Positions 51,884 to 62,526 of a DNA stretch of 64,000 bases are shown here, one piece after another (position 1 is the first letter of the stretch; each line of letters opens with the position of its first letter). A program made the translations under genes and the position numbers. This DNA is from Somniosus microcephalus (Eukaryota): contig CM126218.1 of assembly GCA_052327205.1 (NCBI GenBank), forward strand, positions 79,484,001-79,548,000, given 5' to 3'. The notes beneath the pieces were generated by a model. The model was given only the letters and a program-made list of their open reading frames with translations. It had not been told where the DNA came from and did not search any database.

Positions 51884-54802
51884 ATGCCTAAGCGTGGTAA
51901 CATCAACGATTTTAATTCCGAGGTAGAAGACTGGGCCACGTATGTGGAACGCATTGAGATCTATTGTGAGGCCAATAAAATAGAAGAAGATGACAAAGCT
52001 ATAACCTTGCTAAACTCGATGGGCGCGAAGACATATGGGCTCTTGAAGCATCTACTAGCACCAGCTAAACAGGCGGATCAGACTTTCGAGGATATTGTGA
52101 CTGTTCTGAAGGACCACTTGAACCCCACACCGTTGATGTTGGCAGAACGATTCAAATTCTATGCGAGAACGCAAAGGAAAGACGAAAGCAACGCAGAATA
52201 CTTGGTCGAACTGCGTAGACTAGCGAAACACTGCCAGTTTGGAGGGAATCTGACAGAGGCATTGCGAGACAAGTTCGTGTGCGGGTTGTCAAAGGAAGGA
52301 ACGCAAAAGCGACTACTCGAAGAGAACGACCTTACACTTGACAGGGCTGTCCTTATTGCAGCATCGCACGAAGCCGCAGTGAAGGGAACTGCGGAAATGC
52401 AGCTAAAGGCAGCGGCACTCAGTGTGGATCAAATTACCTCGAGTACAACAAAATGCTATCGTTGTGGGAAGACAACACACGACCAGAACCAATGCTGGTT
52501 TAAGAGCCAGGAATGTAGGAAATGTGGCAAACTGGGTCACATAGCTAAGGTATGCCGGTCAGGGAAGAAGACCAACAACCAAAGGAAGCCATCACAGGAA
52601 AAGTACAACAAGGTACACAAGGTGGCTGAGAAGAGTTCAGACGAACAGAATTCGGACTCAGACCCAAACGGCCAGGAGCTGGGCAGTCTGAGAATTCACA
52701 ATGTGAGTAAGGAAGCTGACCTACAAACTATCTGGGTCATGCTAAAAATAGCTGGAGTCCAAGTGAAAATGGAGTTGGACACTGGATCAGCTCTATCAGT
52801 CATAAATCGAAGGGATTACCACCGGCTATTCTCACATATACCCTTAAGAGATACCAAGTTCGTATTGCAGACATACACGGGGCATAAAGTATATCCCATG
52901 GGGAAGATAAAAGTCAAGGTGAGAGATGGGGGTAAAGAACACCCAAGAATGAACTTATACGTACTACCTGAGGGAGGACCACCACTTCTGGGACGGGAGT
53001 GGATCAAGAAAATAGACATGGAATGGCACTATCTAAAAGCCATAACGAGTGAGGACTCGGTGCAGACAATCAGCTCAGATTCTGAAACGGATGACGATAA
53101 GACCAACCCAAATATGAAAGACAAGGCTAAAATGGACTTGTCGACTAAGGTTGGAAGAACGAAGGCATGCATAAAGGCTTATGCTCCAGAGAAGAACAAA
53201 GTTTCAGAACAGAACTCCACCGAACAACGACAACATAGTTTGACAGAGAATTCTGAGTCTGTTCAGTTTACGGACATATCCATGACTGACGAACACCGAG
53301 CTCGGACTCAACTTTATTTCAAATTACGACAGCAAGTAGAACAAGTGAGTTACCGTCTCGAACAAGAGATGAAAACAATGAAAAAGTTCTATGACACCGA
53401 ATGGGAGAATCTGGAAAGACAACAGAAGCAGCTAGCTCAAGCAGAGAGCGACCATAGAGCCATTGTGACCAATTACCGATCACATCTCCCTTATGCTGTT
53501 CAGGAGGTAGAATATTTGCAGGAAGGAGCAAATGAAGAGGAATCTTCAGGAAGCCAGGATTTTATTCCCGTTCTTCTCTACGACTCCTTACAAGCAGAGT
53601 TTGAGAAGTTGAAGGAACAGTATGAACAGGCCCAGGCTACAATCCTGGAGGGGATTAACTCGGCAACCTCCGAAAAGCTAGTTTCAGTAGAAGCATATGA
53701 GCAACTAAAGGTTGAACATGAGCAAGAAGTCCAAAGGCTGCAGGAAATTCTTGATGAGCTCAAGGCCAAGACAGACTCATCGGTAGAAGTTCCATCCATA
53801 GATGAGAAATTAGAGGTGAAAGACATGGCAGAACATGAAAGACAAGATGTCCAAGAACTCATAAAAATATTGAAGGAAACCCAAGACAAATATGAGGCGG
53901 CAATGACCGAGGTTCAACAACTTGAAGAACAGATTCAACTGGGAATCCTTTCAGTGGAAGAAAAGGAAACTGTAAGAAACACAGAGGCTGTAAGAATGGC
54001 CCCTGAACATGAGCTAGAGAGCATCAAGGCGCAACTTCTCCGAGCGCTGGAAGCCAAAGTACAAGAGGAAAAGAAGGTGAAAGCATTGGAGGAAAAGGTG
54101 GATGAAATGGAGAAGACTCTGATCCACAGTGTTCCCGTGGAAGAGTTAACGGTCAGCCAACTCCTTCATATGCTGAGGGACAAGACTCTGCAATGGGAAC
54201 AATCTGAACACGAGCTTCAATCTTCAAAGGGAAGGAGTTCGGAGCTCTCAAAAGTTATGGAAATAGCTGAGGTTGCAACACAGATTTTACTGGGATGCCA
54301 AAAGTACGCTGAATCACGTCTATGTGAACAACAGAATGTTGAAACAGCTGCTCCAGTAGAAGGATTGAATAGCCCGATCAATCAATCCCCAATGGAAGGG
54401 GAAGTGTTGAAATCACAAATGAGGTCATTAGTGAAGGATTTGCAGGAAACCCAGGAAGAGCGGGATGAATATGAACGCATGAAAAAGTCTCTTCAGGAAA
54501 GATGTCTAGGGAGGGAACAACAGTCGGCTAACGTCCAGTTGGGTAAGGAAGAAGTAGCAGGCCCTCTCGCTAGACTAGTTCAGGACGACACCGAATATTA
54601 CCATGACCTGTTGAGTGACACGGAATATTACGAGGACTTGGCCTGCCCAGCTTGTGATGAAAACTCCCAAAGTGCAGAAATCAGGATGAAGCACTTAAAG
54701 TCTAAGGAACATAGGGAGATGGTGGCGCTACAGCTGGCAGCTGATAAGGGAGCCCCGAGAGTCTCCAAGAAGCAGAAAAGAAAAAGACAAAGCAGAAGGT
54801 GA
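51884..54802 (+). CDS. Chimeric retrotransposon polyprotein: Gag (two CCHC knuckles) + aspartic protease + captured host coiled-coil/zinc-finger mosaic
   Basis: Uninterrupted 972-aa ORF. Mag-type Gag N-terminus (EDWATYVER...[11 protein letters not shown]). Knuckles [14 protein letters not shown] and [14 protein letters not shown] (52454-52555). Protease LDTGSA (DTG at 52778-52786) and LLGREW. Then an E/Q/K-rich region resembling STK10, ANKRD24 and DNAJC21. Confidence 0.92.
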   Translation: [972 protein letters not shown]

Positions 54803-54805
54803 TAA

Positions 54806-55081
54806 CCATCTAAATCATTATCACTTCTACCAGATCATGTACGTGGGCCCTACGAAGGGAGCCAAATCAGTTGGCAAGTAGGAAAAATTACCAAGGCAGT
54901 CCAGCTGTTTGTAAAAGTCAGCACTGCTGGTTCAGCAGGACGGAAGTTCAAGCTGTTAAGTCAAGGGAAAGACTATTGGATGAGTCACGCTAGCAATGTG
55001 AACCGGCTACACCACAGAGATGTTGTTCGGACCGAGTCAAGACCAGAGACTGAATCTGTGAACTGTTCCCGCAGAGACTGA
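54806..55081 (+). pseudogene. Probable degenerate integrase C-terminal (GPY/F-region) remnant
   Basis: Open in the same frame after TGA TAA: DHVRGPYEGSQISWQVGKITKAV...KDYWMSHASNVNRL, resembling the W-x-x-G-x-I...W-x-x-H-x-x-x-L/V pattern of Mag-type IN tails. Confidence 0.5.
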
Positions 55082-55147
55082 ACCTGTAAACTGTTTCCCG
55101 CATAGATTATACCTGTGAATTGTTTTACATGAAGTTGAATATATGTT

Positions 55148-55832
55148 GGCCTAGAAATTGAGTTTTGGCGCAGCCAGGGCTTTAGCGCCGGAAGTTAGTG
55201 CCGGAGCTAAGTCGCGCTGGTCGGGCCCAAAATTCACCAATTCTGCGCCCAAACGGCTGCCGGCGCTGCTGAGAGCTGTTTGCGCCTGAAAACTGGCGCT
55301 ACGCGCTGAATATCGGCGCTATTCCGGCGCTGCGGCGCCCGCTGCAGTGCGGCAGGTTCGGGAAGTGCAGGCCTCCTCCTTCCCTTAAGGAGGAGCTGCC
55401 TGCACCCGGCCGCGGCCCGCGAAAATCTTTTTAAAAATGAGCCCGGCACCTCAGACAAGTGCCGGGCTTGCTTCTGTTCCGGGGGGGGGTGGGGGGAAGC
55501 CGGGGAGAGAGCTGCGGCCAGGCGGCCGGCGGGAAAGCGGCCGGCCGCCGCGGTGCCTTTAATGCGCCGGCGCAAAGTCATGTAAGACTCTGTTGCCAGA
55601 GTCTTAGTTGCGGCTGCCACGGGCGAGGCGGCCGCAACTGAATTTCGGCGCTGGGGCCCGTCGGCATGGCAACCGGGACGCTGCGCACACCGATGACGTC
55701 ATCGGTGCCAGCGCAGCGCTACCGGTCTACCGCGGCGGAAGGGCCCCAGGCAATTTCGGCGCCGGCGCCAATTGCAGCGCTAGGCCCTCTAGCGCCGCAA
55801 AATCGGCGCTAAGGGCACTGAATTTCTAGGCC
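55148..55832. mobile_element. GC-rich PIF/Harbinger-like MITE inside the LTR element
   Basis: TIRs GGCCTAGAAATT...AATTTCTAGGCC; 3-bp TSD GTT on both sides. Confidence 0.85.
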
Positions 55833-55868
55833 GTTATGTTTAATGGGGGACTAAGTATGTTGTAAGCT

Positions 55869-55880
55869 AAAAAGGGAGGA
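55869..55880 (+). promoter_or_regulatory. Polypurine tract
   Basis: AAAAAGGGAGGA 1 nt before the 3' LTR. Confidence 0.9.
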
Positions 55881-55881
55881 T

Positions 55882-56135
55882 TGTAGTGTATGTATCCGTC
55901 TACCTTTAAGAAAACCATTGTATGTAACCGTTCACCTTTAAGAGAACTATTTTAGGTGTGGCACTACTTTGTTGGCTTCTGTATACTGTAATACCGACGG
56001 TGACCACACCGGTATATAAGTGCTGTGTCAGGATTTATTTGGCAGATTCGCCCTGACCTTCGAATAGTAAAGTCCTGTTTTAAGTTACTCTGGTAGTCTG
56101 TGTATTAATTAACTAAACAACCCACAGACTTTACA
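55882..56135 (+). repeat. 3' LTR (254 bp)
   Basis: Direct repeat of the 5' LTR, preceded by the PPT and followed by TSD CAAGC. Confidence 0.96.
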
Positions 56136-59100
56136 CAAGCCTCCGACCTGCACTTACCTAGCGCACCGGCCGTTGTGCTGTGGGCCCGCGTGGCATTCCG
56201 ATCCTGGGCCTGCTCCAACTGCTGGCGTGCAGTGCTTTCGTATCCCAGGGGCGCAGTTAGCTCGAAGCGTCTCCTGAGATCACGTGGGCCATGGAGAGCC
56301 AATGGTAGCAGGGAATCTGTATTCATAGATTTGACAGGAAGACCTGTCAAATCTATGAATACAATTCAGCCCCAAAACACAACTAAAGCTTCAAATAATT
56401 TTTTTTTAAAACATCACATTTTTAAAATAACTATAAATTACATAAAATAACTATTTTAAACAATAATTTACATTTTTTGAAAAAATTAATTACGGTTTCT
56501 AACAGGGCTAAAAATAAACTTACCTTTCTTTAAAGTATTTAAAAATAATAAACCTGTGGAAAAAATGTTTTAATTTTACTTAATTCACCACTTACCTTGT
56601 TAAAAGCAGGCCTTGCGACTGCTTTTTAGAAGCGTAGCTCCTGGAGACCTACCCTCCCGGAGAAACCTGTAAAAAAATCGGAAGTTCCAGGCATACGCGC
56701 TGCCTCTCCGGCGCACGCGTTCGACCTGTGAACCCCTCCTTTAAGAGAACGGAAGTTCCGGTTTCCCACGCATGCACAGTGCATGCATGAAACCTGCACT
56801 TTCGTTGGGCCTACGCGTGTGTACCCAACGCGTACTCACCCGTGGGGACCCGAATATCTGGCCCATTAATATTTCAGGTTTACCCTTGTCCACATATACT
56901 AGGGGGACCATGTTTTCTAAACCGAATCTGGGGACACACAGGGCGGGAGCACAGCAAAGTAGCCAGGATGGAAAATGTAGGTTGTGCAGCGTAGCAAGGC
57001 AAGATTTTTGTTATTTTGATGCCAACTGAATCTGCAAAAAGTAGCGCCAGAGCTTTCCACTTGAATAATGCGGCCGCTGTTCACAGCGTCTGCTGGCCGC
57101 AATCATCAGCTGCTTCCCCCTCCTTGCAGCCCGACACTCACCCACACCATCCGAGGCCGCCGAGGGCACTCTGATTCGGCTCACAGCCGGGCTCCACCCA
57201 CCGCTCATTAGTCCGGTTACCAGCTGGTCCCGCCCGCCCCCCCCCCCCCCCATTACTCGGACAGTTTAGCTCCGGGTCCAATTTCTCTTCAATCGAATTT
57301 CACCGGACTATCAGGGGTGGTTGGGAGTTGTTGGTGGGGGGATGCGGAGCACGCGTACTGCAGCCACAGAGTGTGATCTCTGCATAAATTAAAGCCCCTC
57401 GGTGAGTCCACCCCTTCGACTGGTTGAAGACAGGAGATTGACAGCCCGCCCACCAATCGGAACCTGTCCCACCGCACAGTCCCACCCACTTCATTGACCG
57501 GCCGCAGGGCAGCTCGGGGACTGTCCCCGGAAAACGAGGACGTACGGTCACCCTAATGTATAGCGACGCTTAAATCTCGAGAATGAGATGACGCTGTGTA
57601 TCTAAGCATATAGACTCATTATCCTTTCCATGTGATGCCCAGATCATGGCAGTGATAATGGGAATGGATGGCAGAAGATGCAAAGTGTCTAATTATGAGT
57701 AGCTCTCCCAATAGCTCAGTCACAACGTATACTTAGAGTGATACAGTTACATACAGACCAAGAAAGCCCCAGGCTTGACCCACAGTCTGTGCAATGTCAG
57801 ATGATCTCAACCAATGCTGCAGGAGAGGCACTACAATTGGCCTCCGCTCCCCTCAACTAGGGAGGGGGAAATAAAACAACCAGAGTTCCTGGTGGCAAGC
57901 CAGCAGGACCTACAGGAAAGTGTGCCAGTGTGGATATTGGGCGAGGCCAACCCTCAGCTGTTATGCCCTTCACATTCACAAGTAGGGTGCTGGCACTCAC
58001 CATGCAGGCAGATTAATAAAGAATGGTCTATACATTTGTGGGTGTCCATGGGCCTGTACCCCAGGAAGAATCAATGCCTTCAGGAGAGATCATGACTAAT
58101 TGGAAGAAGCATTTTGTAAGGCACGCAATAGCCAAAAAAGGCAAATATTGATTCGAGTATAAGCTTATGAGGTAATACAGTTAGAGTGTTGTGTGCAGTC
58201 GATGCCACCATGCTTCACAAAGAGATATTCTTGCAGAGAAGAGCAACAGAGATGATCCAAGAGATAAAGGGATGAGCTATGACGGGAAATGGAGCACAGC
58301 TCAAGTGTGCAAGATGTATAAAATATTAAATGGAAAAGATGAACCCCAAACATTAATTCAAGGTCAATAGGGCCATAGAACATAAATGGGAAGGATGATA
58401 AATATTTTGATTATCTGCCAGGTAAGGTCGTAGGATATTTAAAATGCAGTTGGACGTCGGACCAGGTGAGTTGCAGCAGCAGAGCTTCAATGGGCTGAAT
58501 GGCCTCTTCTCACCCATGGACTTCCTGCGATCTTATCTGCACTAACCCCGCCCCCCCCACCCCAACCCCACCCTCCCTCCCACCCACCCCCCACCCCAGG
58601 AAGGAGAGAAAATTAATCAAGGAGAGGAAGATATTACATTAAGTCTGACCCTCAAGCAAAAACTAGTGAGCAAAGGCAGGGGCAGCAAGGGGAAAAAAAT
58701 GAAAAGAATTGTGGGAATAAGCAGGAAGTAACCAGACAAGAAATGTCAATAAGCAGGGCAGACCGAGATTTTGGAACATGTCAGCTTTAAGAACCAGAGT
58801 TAACTGAAACTCTTCAAAATCCCTTTTCAGAAATGAGGGAATGGGCGGACGGGTCAAGCTGCTGTCACATCCCATACCGCAGACAGGCGTCAATTAGAGC
58901 CCATATTAATGCTCTAAGTGGTTCAGAGGTTATGTAAACAGCTATTTTTACAAGTAGGTATACTACAAGCCTGATTGTTTGTTTGGATGGCCTTAAAATG
59001 GCTATTGGAGTCCAGCAAGCCAACCCCCAGAGAGCGGAGCTTTGTTTTCTCTGATTGGAAGATATTAGGAGCTGGCTCCATGGTGCAGGTGGCCTCCTGG

Positions 59101-59883
59101 GCAGGGACAGTTGGGGCTGAACTAAGGAGCCAGTAAGATTCAGGAAAGTATGAGAAGCAGTAACACTGATGTAATCTGAGTGAGGCAGAAAGAGCCTTTT
59201 TAGCTGTGGCTCCGGCACAGCATCTGTTTGCTATTCAGCAGTCCTGGTAAATAATCTAGAGAAAGCTTCCACACCAGAAAAGAGACATCACACATTACGC
59301 TCAATGTTGCTGTGACAAAGTAGAGAGTTTTGTTTATTTGATCTGTTCAATTCTGAAATAAGTGTAGTGGCAATCGAAGCAGTCTTTCCTTACTCAAATA
59401 CAAAGCGGGTGGCAGTGATAGGTTATCTCTCATACCACCCCACCCCACCCAGTTGATTGATGTAGAAATTATTCAGAATATGGGGGCTTTGTTCTCGGTG
59501 GAAATTAAATTGAACCCGCCAAGATATTAGCAGATCCTTGGCCATCAATAGCTTTCTCCACATCATGATTATTTTGGGCTGCTCACTTTCCGTTCTGTCT
59601 CTGAAGGAAATCCTGATCTGGCAGAAATGATCTTTTTCTGCCTCCATCTGTGGGACACAGCCTTGCCAGTTACAAGTGCTTGTGGGAAATGTGGGCCTGT
59701 GCTGCCCGTGACCATTTAAGGTATTGGTGGGGGAGATCGTGCGCAGAGCGTGCGCTCAAATGACTGAAGCGGACTTGTGGTGGCTGAGGCTCCTTGTGGG
59801 AGAGCAAAGCTGGGAAATGTCCCCCTTGAATCTCCTCCAACAACACAACCGATGTCAGGGGAAATCTAGAACTCGGGGGCATA

Positions 59884-60611
59884 GGGCAGGATTTTCATTG
59901 GGCCGTGGAGGCGGGATTGGAGGCATGTGGGGGCTTAAAATCCCGAAATTGGGGGTCCCGACCCCATCCCGCCCCCAAACCGCCTCCATGCCAGTTTCAA
60001 AGGAACAGGTAGTTAATAGGCAGTTTTTAGCCTAATCCCTATTTTTAATGTTGAAGTGTGGGATTCCCGACAGCTCCAAACCACGCCAAGTTAGAGGAAG
60101 CGCACTGTCGGGATGAAGGGCTTGGAGGGGTCGAGATGTCCGGTGTTCAGGTGAGTGATGGCTGCATGAGTACAAAGGTAAGTGTGTTTGGTGTGTGTAA
60201 AGTGTTTAAAGAAGTTTTACATACCTTTACTTACCTTTACAGCCTTCCTTCCTTCAGGTCTCGGGAGTCCCTCATCTCACCGACACAGAAAGCAGAATGG
60301 CTGCGAGCTGTCAAAAATTGCAGCGTTCAGCTTTCTGTTCCGGGGAGAGCTCTAAATCATCCTGACAGGAAGGAATTAACTTAGAATACAGATTGTCAGT
60401 GTTTGACAGCTTCAAACAGCTGTGAAACGCTGATATTTCATCTGTCAAAAGGTCTTGACAGATGAAATATCAATCTGTGACGTCACCTGTTGCCGGGTGG
60501 CCCTTAATTGGCCTGCTGAGACCGCTGGGCTAGAACTCGATGGAGGCGGGACTATAACTCCAAAAGTTGTAGTCCCGCCTCCTACCCGACTCCTCAATGA
60601 AAATCCAGCCC
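59884..60611. mobile_element. Harbinger-like MITE family A inserted in a CR1 tail
   Basis: GGGCAGGATTTTCATTG...CAATGAAAATCCAGCCC; TSD ATA; CR1 resumes at 60612-60878. Confidence 0.85.
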
Positions 60612-62139
60612 ATAGTTTCAGAATAACGGGTTGCCCTTTTAGAACTGAGATGAGGAGGAAATCTGTGGAATTCTCTGCCCCAGAGAGCTGTGGAGGCTGG
60701 GTCATTAAATACATTTAAGGTGGAGATAGACAGATTTTTGCAAGATAAGGGAGTGAAGGGTTTTGGGGAGCGGGCGGGGAAGTGGAGTTGAGCCCAAGAT
60801 CAGCCATGATCTTATTGAATGGTGGAGCAGGCTCGAGGGCCCAAGTGGCCTATTCCTGCTCCTATTTCTTATGTTCTTAAAGTCACTCTTAACTGAATCT
60901 ATTACCTATTGCTGTTTAATTGGGATTTTACTTTTCCACCTGGTTTAAAAGAAATACCGCACAGGAGCCCTGCCCTACAGTAACCTTAACCTTCATCAAT
61001 GGATCTAAAACTCTTTGAAAACGCATCTTGATGATTAAAAAGTATTTATTATGCACAAGACACATACGCTAATTAACATTTTTCATTTAATTAACGTTGA
61101 ATTTAAGCTGCTGACTACAGAGTTGTGGGCCGCATGAGCTGTTTAGCTGTGAGGTTTATTTTTTCATTTATTGTCACGGACCCTGGCTCGCTGAACACTG
61201 CTGATTGTTGCAATTCTCTTTATTACGCCTACCCAACTACACTTCTTAGCATGCCTGTGGAAATTCACTTCAAACGTAGACTAAGAATTTGTCCCTCAGC
61301 CCCTTTGCCTTGAAATTGGACTCTGAACATTAGCGGATGAAATTTCTTTGCCTGCTATTCCAACGGAGGTGAGAGCCCATTTATTTTAAATGGATTAGTG
61401 CCTCTGTTAAAACAGCGAACAAAGGGATTTCATATAAACACGTTAAGCGATCAGGCGCTGATATTCGAGGAGCCTGGTTTCAAGGCCTTTGACTGAAGGA
61501 ATGTCAGTAAACCTAAAAAGGAAATTGACCATCGCTGCATACTTGAAGTATTTAGGAGTAAGTAATCTGTCAAATACACCATATCGCATTGATCTTCTGA
61601 GCACTCCCTGCTGCATGACATCACAGAGCAAGTTAAGAGGGGATCCGATAAAGGTGTTCGAAATTATGAAGGAGTCCTGATAAGATGACCAGGGAAAAAC
61701 TATTGCTGCTTGTAAGTGTGTCGGCAACTTAAAGTCATACATTTAAGATCATCACGAAAGGAAAGGTTTTCTCCAGTGGAGGGCTGCTAGGACATGGGAT
61801 GCCCTATCAGCTACAGTGGTAGATGCAGAATCCATAATAGCTTCTAAAAGGGAAGTGGATACATACTTGAAAATAAAGTTAAAAGGGTATGGGAAAGAGT
61901 AGGGGAATGGGACTAAGTGGATAGCTCCTTCAGAGAGCTGCCACAAGGTGCGATGGGCTGAAAGGCCTCCTTCTGTGCTGTAAAATTCTATAATTCTATG
62001 ATGTGATGTGGAACAGCACCACAGTCGCAGTATTATAATTATGCTTGTATTACGTTGGTCTGGAGTAGTATGGTGTGCTATACATAGCTGCACATATCAA
62101 GAACGGTATATTATGCTGCAGGCAATATATCAATTGTAA

Positions 62140-62400
62140 CGATAGCAAAATACTGCAGATGCTGGAAATCCGAAATAACAACAGAAAATGCTGGAAAAAC
62201 TCAGCAGGCCAGGCAACATCCGTGGAGAGAGAAATAGAGTCAACGTTGTGGGTCAAACCCTTTGTCAAGACTGGCAGAACTTCTTCAAGGTAGGCATTCC
62301 TAGAAGAGGCGTGGCAGTGAACCAAACACGAGTACAATAGCAAAATACTGCAGATGCTGGAAATCCGAAATAACAACAGAACATTTTCTGTTGTTGTTAT
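62140..62400 (-). mobile_element. Penelope pLTR fragments, tandem
   Basis: Two copies of ATAGCAAAATACTGCAGATGCTGGAAATCCGAAATAACAACAGAA. Confidence 0.75.
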
Positions 62401-62526
62401 ATCAATTGCAACACTTGACAGACACCCTCACTGAATCCATTCTGTCGCTCTCTGTCTCTCTCATTGTGTGTATGTGTATTCTACATTTTGGTGGTTGGTG
62501 AACAATGCATAAACATCTCAATCTCA

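Larger units (their letters stand above)
50575..56135 (+). mobile_element. Young non-autonomous Gypsy (Mag-like) LTR retrotransposon carrying a Gag-PR/host-fragment chimeric ORF
   Basis: TG...CA LTRs at 50575-50828 and 55882-56135 differ at one position (CGGCGACC vs CGGTGACC). 5-bp TSD CAAGC at 50570-50574 and 56136-56140. PBS and PPT present. No RT or integrase catalytic motifs. Confidence 0.96.
50534..56864. mobile_element. Harbinger-like MITE split by the LTR insertion (50534-50574 plus 56141-56864)
   Basis: Imperfect TIRs GGCCCAGAAATTCGGGTC / GACCCGAATATCTGGCCC; perfect internal hairpin with 20-bp arms at 56319-56362. Confidence 0.7.

Noticed and set aside
51884-54802. Calling the ORF a host gene (ANKRD24 retrocopy or domesticated gag gene)
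   Set aside because: It sits between near-identical LTRs with TSD, PBS and PPT, has no ankyrin repeats, and has a mosaic tail.
57205-57555. hAT-like MITE (TAGGGTGACC-type end at 57555)
   Set aside because: Only one convincing terminus and no TSD found.
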